Of a stretch of DNA of 46,255 nt, positions 41,201-46,255 are shown in pieces. The position numbers and the translations under genes were made by a program. The stretch covers positions 1 to 46,255 of the forward strand of contig JAUZPZ010000002.1 in NCBI GenBank assembly GCA_030705675.1. Direction: 5' to 3'. The notes below the pieces were generated by a model, which was not told the DNA's origin, did no database searches, and worked only from the letters and a program-made list of their open reading frames with translations. The DNA comes from Bacillota bacterium (GTDB taxonomy: Bacteria; Bacillota; Clostridia; RUG12999). The first letter of the stretch is position 1. The number at the start of each line of letters is the position of its first letter.

Positions 41201-41794
41201 TTATGCGAATCTCCAAATATATCCTCCGGATGTTTTTGTTTTTCCGTATAAACATTGCCGTAGTGCACCTTTGTCTATTTTTAGTATTCTTGCTGCGTCA
41301 ATGGCTCCATCCCATTTTTTTATTTTATTTCCGCATAAGTCAAACTGAATTATTGGCTTTTTCTGTTTTTCTGCTTTTGCCTTATAATCTATTTTTTCCG
41401 TTCTTTTTTTGATATCAGTGTGAATCAACCTTCTTTTTATCCCGTCGTTATAAGTGTTATTTTCTGAATATGTTGCCCATTCAAGATTTTCAATTCTGTT
41501 ATTTCTTTTGTTTTCATCTTTGTGGTTTATTGTTGGCTTGTTTTCCGGATTTGCTAGAAATGTTTCCGCAACTAAACGATGCGCATATTTATAAATTTTG
41601 CATCCATCCATACAGAGCAAATATTGAACATATCCGCTTTTGTGGTTTATTCTTTCTTTTAGAGTACTTCCATTTACGATTCTTCGCTTTCCATTTCTAC
41701 ATAAGACTTCCATCTCTAGGCTTCTAAGTCTTCCATAATTGCTGACTTGATATCTCCCGCCAAATCCCTTTACATCTTTCCATGTCTCTTGCAT
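41201..41794 (-). CDS. HNH homing-type endonuclease (NUMOD4 + HNH_3)
   Basis: WKDVKGFGGRYQVSNYGRLRS (NUMOD4) and AHRLVAETF..INHKDENKRNNRIENLEW (HNH). Confidence 0.85.
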   Translation of the reverse strand: MQETWKDVKGFGGRYQVSNYGRLRSLEMEVLCRNGKRRIVNGSTLKERINHKSGYVQYLLCMDGCKIYKYAHRLVAETFLANPENKPTINHKDENKRNNRIENLEWATYSENNTYNDGIKRRLIHTDIKKRTEKIDYKAKAEKQKKPIIQFDLCGNKIKKWDGAIDAARILKIDKGALRQCLYGKTKTSGGYIWRFA

Positions 41795-41916
41795 CTTAAT
41801 CAATCCTTTCTTTCAATCCTTTTTTTAAGCATAGAAAAGGGACAGGCGATTGATTCTCCTGCCCCACGGTTTATAACTCCGTCTATGCTAGTAACGCTAA
41901 TGCGTAACCGTTTTTA

Positions 41917-42636
41917 TTAACTCCATTGTTTCGTTTTTCCATCTAAACGTATAGTATCGGGATTAAATGCTGTAGGTCTAAGCAACATTCTTTCAGGGTA
42001 ATCACCGTAATCAAGCCAGCTTGTACAAACAAATATCATCGTTTTGCCCCGTATGATGTTGTTATTATGTGAATCAAATATAAGCCTTCCGGACGGCACT
42101 TTAGCGGGTTTATGCGTATGTCCTGATATTATCCCGTCAATGCCCTCAATAGTAATCTGCATAGCATCAGGCTTATTTAACCCGCTGCCTAATAATTGTC
42201 CTCCACCGTTACCATGTGCAACAGCAAACATATATGTAGCTTGTTTTTTATTAGGCTTTTCTCCGAGAGATATTTTTAAGAACCCCATGTCTTTAGCGTA
42301 ACACTGGACAATTCCTAGCTCTCGAAAAATATCCTCCATAATGTCAAACGATGATTCTTTAGTTACTCTGTATTCGTGATTCCCCCGCGCCCCGCAAATG
42401 ATTTTATCTTTGATCGGCATAAGGAAGTCAACCATGTCGTATTTCTGCTGCTTTGGTGTGCATGTCTCGTCATAGCAATTTGTTACAGAGGATTTAATGC
42501 CGTTATTTATTAAATCTCCGGCTAATATAACCGCTGCGTGATTGTCTTGCTCAATAGCTTTTATGTAAGCTCTAAACTCTTTTTCCATGCACTCTTGAGC
42601 GCCGTAATGTACGTCAGCTATCGGGTATAAAGTCAA
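41917..42636 (-). CDS. Calcineurin-like metallophosphoesterase
   Basis: ADVHYG, AGDLIN, RGNHEY, VAHGNG and SGHTH motifs. Confidence 0.8.
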   Translation of the reverse strand: MTLYPIADVHYGAQECMEKEFRAYIKAIEQDNHAAVILAGDLINNGIKSSVTNCYDETCTPKQQKYDMVDFLMPIKDKIICGARGNHEYRVTKESSFDIMEDIFRELGIVQCYAKDMGFLKISLGEKPNKKQATYMFAVAHGNGGGQLLGSGLNKPDAMQITIEGIDGIISGHTHKPAKVPSGRLIFDSHNNNIIRGKTMIFVCTSWLDYGDYPERMLLRPTAFNPDTIRLDGKTKQWS

Positions 42637-42850
42637 ATAGTCTAAGTCTCTAGGATATTCTTTTATAATTATTTTCAGACAATCACCAGCTTTCTTTTGT
42701 TACGTCGCGGTGCCTCCCAACCCCTGACACATAAAAATAATGCGACGTTCTGAAACCCACAATGACCTAATTTTAAGCATTAAAATTATGGTGATCCCCA
42801 GAGAACATGGACCGCCATATCCTCAAACTTTTTATGCTGTAATGTGCTTG

Positions 42851-42879
42851 TTATTATGCAAAATCTAAATTATTTGCAA
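42851..42879 (-). promoter_or_regulatory. Promoter TTGCAA-17-TAATAA
   Basis: -35 at 42874-42879 and -10 at 42851-42856 on the minus strand, downstream of the terminator. Confidence 0.55.
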
Positions 42880-42932
42880 CAAAATTGCAATGGCTTTTAT
42901 ATTTTTTAATTCGTTGTTGGACCTCAAAACTA

Positions 42933-42963
42933 CAAAGTAAAACCGCCCTCGTTTGAGAGCGGT
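42933..42963 (-). terminator. Rho-independent terminator
   Basis: ACCGCTCTC-AAAC-GAGGGCGGT 9-bp stem followed by TTTTACTTT on the minus strand. Confidence 0.7.
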
Positions 42964-43044
42964 CTTTGTTATTTTCTCCGGTGTTTTTGTCCACTCGCCG
43001 GAAAGCGGCAGCGCCATTCGGCGCTTTCCATCTATTTCAGCATA

Positions 43045-43476
43045 TCATATATTTTGGGCATGTGTGTTACATTCGTTACAACATATTGTGTTTTGCAAAA
43101 ATCTCCATGCGCATAACTTTACACTGCTTTCCGTGTTTCCCCCGCCTACAAATGCAGCTATATCTTTCCAATAAGGCTGAATATCGTAGTAATCATATCG
43201 CATCTGCAAAATAAGCCTTGTCTGCACATCCGGTATATTGCTTAACCATGTTTCAAGCCTATGTATCTCTGCTTCATTAATTTTGATTTTTTTTCGCAGA
43301 TCGTGAATTTTAGCTTGATATTCTCCAACCTTGTCAAACACTCCTGTGCCGTGAGGCATACCGGTTAAAACCGACGTTCCCGAAGTTGCTTTTAACGTGT
43401 ATTCAAGTATCTTGTCCTTGTAGTGCTCAACCTCTTTACGTAATGGATAAAGCTGATCTAATTCAACGGCTGTCAA
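43045..43476 (-). CDS. Putative late-gene transcriptional regulator (sigma-70 region-4-like C-terminus)
   Basis: N-terminal coiled coil, then IPDVQTRLILQMRYDYYDIQPYWKDIA, resembling phage ArpU/RinA/DUF1492-type activators. AGGAGG RBS with a TTG start. Confidence 0.45.
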   Translation of the reverse strand: MTAVELDQLYPLRKEVEHYKDKILEYTLKATSGTSVLTGMPHGTGVFDKVGEYQAKIHDLRKKIKINEAEIHRLETWLSNIPDVQTRLILQMRYDYYDIQPYWKDIAAFVGGGNTESSVKLCAWRFLQNTICCNECNTHAQNI

Positions 43477-43536
43477 CCAATCAATCCTCCTTGCTCATCA
43501 GAATCCACATCGTTATCATGCCGAACGCAATACCCG

Positions 43537-44235
43537 CTAAGTAACAGAGCCATTCGGATTGATACATGTTTTGCCTCCCTCAGTGGCAATTTCCCCGGCG
43601 CAAGCCTTAATACCTAAAAGTGCATCCAGTTCTCTCCACCCGTGATTAATTCTCCAAGATATTCGGCGAGGGCTTTCTCCTAAATACTCTCCCCACTCTG
43701 ACAAAGTTTTGTCCATTCCCATATATTTGATTTTATGATTGCTTCTCATGTTGTTTTTCTGCTCTTTTTCAGTAGCCCATTTGCAATTTTCAGGTGAATA
43801 ACCAAGATTTACATTTATTCTGTCAATAGATAAATAATCAGCGTATCCGTTGCGTGAAGCCCATTCATAAAATGCCTCAAAATTATCTTCCCATTCTTTA
43901 CAAACCTTGATTCCACGGCCGCCATAATGTTTGTAAATTGATGAAGATGGATTATTGCACCGCTTTTTCATCCCGCACCAAATTTGATACAATCTTGTTT
44001 TGCTTTTTCCATGAGTAGACATTAAATTTCTTAAAGTTTCTTTTCTGCTACATCCGCAAGATTTTGTATTTCCGCTTCGTAATAAATATCCCTTTACCGT
44101 AACAACATTCCCGCAATCGCACCGGCATTCCCATTTTGCGAACACACATCCGTTAGGTGAAACAGAATTTTCTGCTCTTTTTATTACGGTAAGCCTTCCG
44201 TATTTATTCCCCGTTATATCAATCACTTTTGCCAT
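43537..44235 (-). CDS. Conserved phage protein with a CxCxC zinc ribbon and an AP2-like YGGRGI module
   Basis: WECRCDCGN...SCGCS and RLYQIWCGMKKRCNNP..YKHYGGRGIKVCKEW. Confidence 0.55.
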   Translation of the reverse strand: MAKVIDITGNKYGRLTVIKRAENSVSPNGCVFAKWECRCDCGNVVTVKGYLLRSGNTKSCGCSRKETLRNLMSTHGKSKTRLYQIWCGMKKRCNNPSSSIYKHYGGRGIKVCKEWEDNFEAFYEWASRNGYADYLSIDRINVNLGYSPENCKWATEKEQKNNMRSNHKIKYMGMDKTLSEWGEYLGESPRRISWRINHGWRELDALLGIKACAGEIATEGGKTCINPNGSVT

Positions 44236-44533
44236 TACTCGCCAACTCCCCTGCGCAACTTAGATATCCGCAACCATCCACATAATTATCATCCTTGGTC
44301 TGTCCGCTTGCTATGCGCCCGATTTTGAGCAATGCTTGCATAATAGCAACATCATCCGCTTTGATCTTCACTGGTACTCCATAAGTGCCGTGTATGGATA
44401 ATCCTTTTCCATAAATATAAGCAGTCCATAAATCAGCTATCGTCTGAAAGTTATCTTCTGGACTTCCGTACTGCTGTTCTCTGTCGGTGCATACTGTGTC
44501 TGAAGCTGTTTTTAATATTTCTGCCCTTTTCAT
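44219..44533 (-). CDS. DUF6378-like protein
   Basis: REQQYGSPEDNFQTIADLW...DDVAIMQALLKIGR pattern. Confidence 0.5.
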   Translation of the reverse strand: MKRAEILKTASDTVCTDREQQYGSPEDNFQTIADLWTAYIYGKGLSIHGTYGVPVKIKADDVAIMQALLKIGRIASGQTKDDNYVDGCGYLSCAGELASNGKSD

Positions 44534-44838
44534 TTCATACCTCCGTCATAAATAACTTCTTTGTTGTTACATAACGCATAATTAAATTCTTCAAAGCACC
44601 CGGTTGATTGTTTCCAGTTTCCACACATGGCGATAGCGTCACATATGCTAAGCAGCCTGTACGATATATCCATAGCCTCGGCATAGCTCGATTCCGGATT
44701 AATAACCTCTAACGGATTAATAACGTGGTAGCCCTGCTTCTTATACTTGTCCGCAAATTGCCTTGCTTGTTGACGGTTTTCTTCGATGTCGCCGCAAGAA
44801 GTACAAGGGTGGGAAATATATATCAGCCTATTCGTCAT
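44530..44838 (-). CDS. DUF4406 / nucleoside 2-deoxyribosyltransferase-superfamily protein
   Basis: LIYISHP...GYHVINPLE...LSICDAIAMCGNWKQSTGCFEEFNYA. GGAGGGAGAGGG RBS before the ATG at 44838. Confidence 0.6.
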   Translation of the reverse strand: MTNRLIYISHPCTSCGDIEENRQQARQFADKYKKQGYHVINPLEVINPESSYAEAMDISYRLLSICDAIAMCGNWKQSTGCFEEFNYALCNNKEVIYDGGMK

Positions 44839-45025
44839 TCCTGCCCTCTCCCTCCGTTCGGCGGCTCCATGCGGCGATGGCATCTTTTTCGCTAGGGGCC
44901 CATACTGTTGCCCCGCAGTTTGTGCAATACACGTTGTGAAAAAAATCGTCCAATCTATCTTCTTCTTCAAGCATTATTCTTGCCTTTCCCCCGCAGAACG
45001 GGCACGCTTTCAACTCACTCATCAA
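44828..45025 (-). CDS. Lar-family restriction-alleviation protein
   Basis: LKACPFCGG...VYCTNCGA...EKDAIAAWSRR matches the Lar_restr_allev pattern. Confidence 0.7.
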   Translation of the reverse strand: MMSELKACPFCGGKARIMLEEEDRLDDFFHNVYCTNCGATVWAPSEKDAIAAWSRRTEGEGRNDE

Positions 45026-45206
45026 AATAAACCCTCCTAATAACTAGCTTTTTTCGCTTTGGAAACTTCCGTTTAATATCGCCCACTGCTATGGCGTTTA
45101 CTTGTGTGGTAGACAAAGGGTCAACAACATACCAGTTTTTCCCAAGAAGGTGGTCTATGAGTTCATTCATGGCTTCTTGCCCGCTTAATGGTTTCAACTT
45201 ACTCAT
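45015..45206 (-). CDS. Hypothetical protein
   Basis: 63-aa ORF, coupled to its neighbours. Confidence 0.5.
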   Translation of the reverse strand: MSKLKPLSGQEAMNELIDHLLGKNWYVVDPLSTTQVNAIAVGDIKRKFPKRKKLVIRRVYFDE

Positions 45207-45336
45207 GGTCGGCCTCCTTTAAATTTATGAACAGAGGTTTACACTTCTTTATTTGGTCAATAAATTTATCTTTGTTTTTACTGTTGGGATTTTTGCATTT
45301 ATCAGAGCTAAACCGGCAATTATAGCACTTCTTCAT
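45199..45336 (-). CDS. Hypothetical Cys-rich 45-aa protein (below the track cutoff)
   Basis: ATGA overlap with the stop of 45333-46067. MKKCYNCRFSSDKCKNP. Confidence 0.4.
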   Translation of the reverse strand: MKKCYNCRFSSDKCKNPNSKNKDKFIDQIKKCKPLFINLKEADHE

Positions 45337-46067
45337 CTATCGCCCCTCCTCCAATCCGCGCCGTGCCATTCAATTCTAGCGTCTTTTGCACATTCCCAAG
45401 ATATAGGGATTACCCCAAGGCAAACATACCCCTCTGGTACATATGGCACGTCACGTAAGCAATAAGTGACTTGTTTGTAGTGGCTGTTCCCTTTGTCGTA
45501 TTCTCCGTCCCACTCGTAAAGATGCAAAATATCTCCTACTGCATAATTTCGATCATCCTTGCGAATCTCAAATGTTTTTTCTCCGGTCGCGCTGGCGTCA
45601 TAATACGGCTGTACAGTTTTCAGATGGTGTGTTGTGCCGCTATATTCCACTGGGAGAATTTCGTCAAAATCATCTCTGCATCGACGCTTGTATTTCCGCG
45701 CCGCCGCATCCCGTTCCGCTCTTGTCTGCTCAAGCTCGGCGCGGAGGCGGGAGTTTTCGGCTAACAGCTTTGCACATTGCGATTTTTCAAAATCATTCAG
45801 CTCATCGTAAGCGGCTTGAAGCCTCTCCACTTCCTCGCATTTTGCTTCGTAGGCTTTGATCAGCGCGGGGATGTCTTCACGTGCATGGGCGATAAATGCG
45901 GCATTGCCTGTCTTTGGACTCATATTCGGGCATATCATTTGTTGCGGGCTATTATCAAAAGCGACCGAAACAACAGCGAACGATTTTACTGTGTTCCCTT
46001 TGTCTATTACTTTCCACGGTCCCGGCGTTGCCTTGTCCGCTCTATCTTTGATCTCTTTAAGATTCAT
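45333..46067 (-). CDS. Ead/Ea22-like N-terminal domain fused to a DUF3850 (ASCH/PUA-like) domain
   Basis: LKEIKDRADKATPGPW (Ea22-like), and HHLKTVQPYYDASATGEKTFEIRKDDRNYAVGDILHLYEWD (DUF3850). Confidence 0.65.
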   Translation of the reverse strand: MNLKEIKDRADKATPGPWKVIDKGNTVKSFAVVSVAFDNSPQQMICPNMSPKTGNAAFIAHAREDIPALIKAYEAKCEEVERLQAAYDELNDFEKSQCAKLLAENSRLRAELEQTRAERDAAARKYKRRCRDDFDEILPVEYSGTTHHLKTVQPYYDASATGEKTFEIRKDDRNYAVGDILHLYEWDGEYDKGNSHYKQVTYCLRDVPYVPEGYVCLGVIPISWECAKDARIEWHGADWRRGDR

Positions 46068-46239
46068 AATCTTCCTGCCTTTCTCCATCGTGCGCATAAC
46101 CTTGCTTTTGTTTGCGCCTGTTTACCCTGTTCAGATATTGCTTTGCCCACTTAAACCATCCAGGGCTAATGCAAAAAATACCTTTATGATGCAACCTATC
46201 GGCAATTTCAGCTTCCTTGCCTAAAAGCTTACGGCTCAT
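46057..46239 (-). CDS. Hypothetical protein spanning the circular junction
   Basis: Its start at 46239 corresponds to position 125 of the left repeat copy and overlaps the stop of 115-441 by 11 nt. Confidence 0.45.
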   Translation of the reverse strand: MSRKLLGKEAEIADRLHHKGIFCISPGWFKWAKQYLNRVNRRKQKQGYAHDGERQEDYES

Positions 46240-46255
46240 TTGGTAGCCGCCTTTC
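46115..46255. repeat. Right copy of the 141-bp exact terminal direct repeat
   Basis: Identical to 1-141. Confidence 0.95.

Larger units (their letters stand above)
1..46114. mobile_element. Complete circularly closed genome of a temperate tailed phage / excised prophage (unit length 46114 bp)
   Basis: Bases 1-141 are identical to 46115-46255. Every phage module is present (integrase+repressor, recombination, replication, terminase, portal, capsid, fibres, holin/endolysin) and there are no host flanks. Confidence 0.85.

Noticed and set aside
1-46255. Search for a reverse transcriptase/DGR, retron, CRISPR-Cas, serine invertase/shufflon or transposase.
   Set aside because: No corresponding catalytic motifs (YxDD, DDE, serine-recombinase) and no template/variable repeat pairs were seen in any frame of the ORF track.

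Overview
The window is one complete, circularly closed genome of a temperate tailed phage (an excised prophage-type element). Bases 1-141 are repeated exactly at 46115-46255, so the unit length is 46114 bp and the ORFs at the two ends join. Gene content points to a low-GC Gram-positive host: a Cheo-type LexA box, XkdX/XhlA-like genes, a phi-LC3-type holin and an Amidase_2 lysin. Most genes lie on the minus strand in lambda-like order, reading right to left and across the junction. The order is: immunity switch (12.2-12.5 kb); early genes (Cro-like HTH, HNH, compact C5-MTase, 3D-domain protein); recombination (PD-(D/E)XK exonuclease, RecT, SSB); replication (replisome organizer with internal iterons, DnaB); RusA; a radical-SAM enzyme plus two N6/N4-type MTases. 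Across the junction follow Ea22/DUF3850, Lar-like, DUF4406-like and DUF6378-like genes, a putative late regulator, a metallophosphoesterase and a second HNH. Next comes a 2.5-kb island of small genes that is mostly plus-strand, then TerS, TerL, an NDT-like gene, portal, scaffold and capsid. After these come fibre/virion genes (including a self-promoted secreted serine protease and a 1304-aa protein), an XhlA-like gene, holin and amidase, a Panacea-domain two-gene moron, and attP, which carries a tRNA 3-prime-end mimic. The plus-strand lysogeny module holds a small ORF, an XRE repressor, a membrane protein and a tyrosine integrase. The most interesting observations are: (1) the self-contained Panacea + membrane-protein cassette; (2) a LexA box on a strong promoter that drives a small ORF antisense to the repressor; (3) a radical-SAM/MTase cluster; (4) the opposite-strand island of small genes; (5) two conserved genes (dnaB, C5-MTase) whose conserved N-termini lie upstream of any canonical start and begin at an ATA embedded in an ATAA stop-start overlap; (6) an origin-like iteron array inside the replication gene; (7) an attP architecture with 9-mer arm sites. 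All family calls rest on motifs read by eye; no database search was run.
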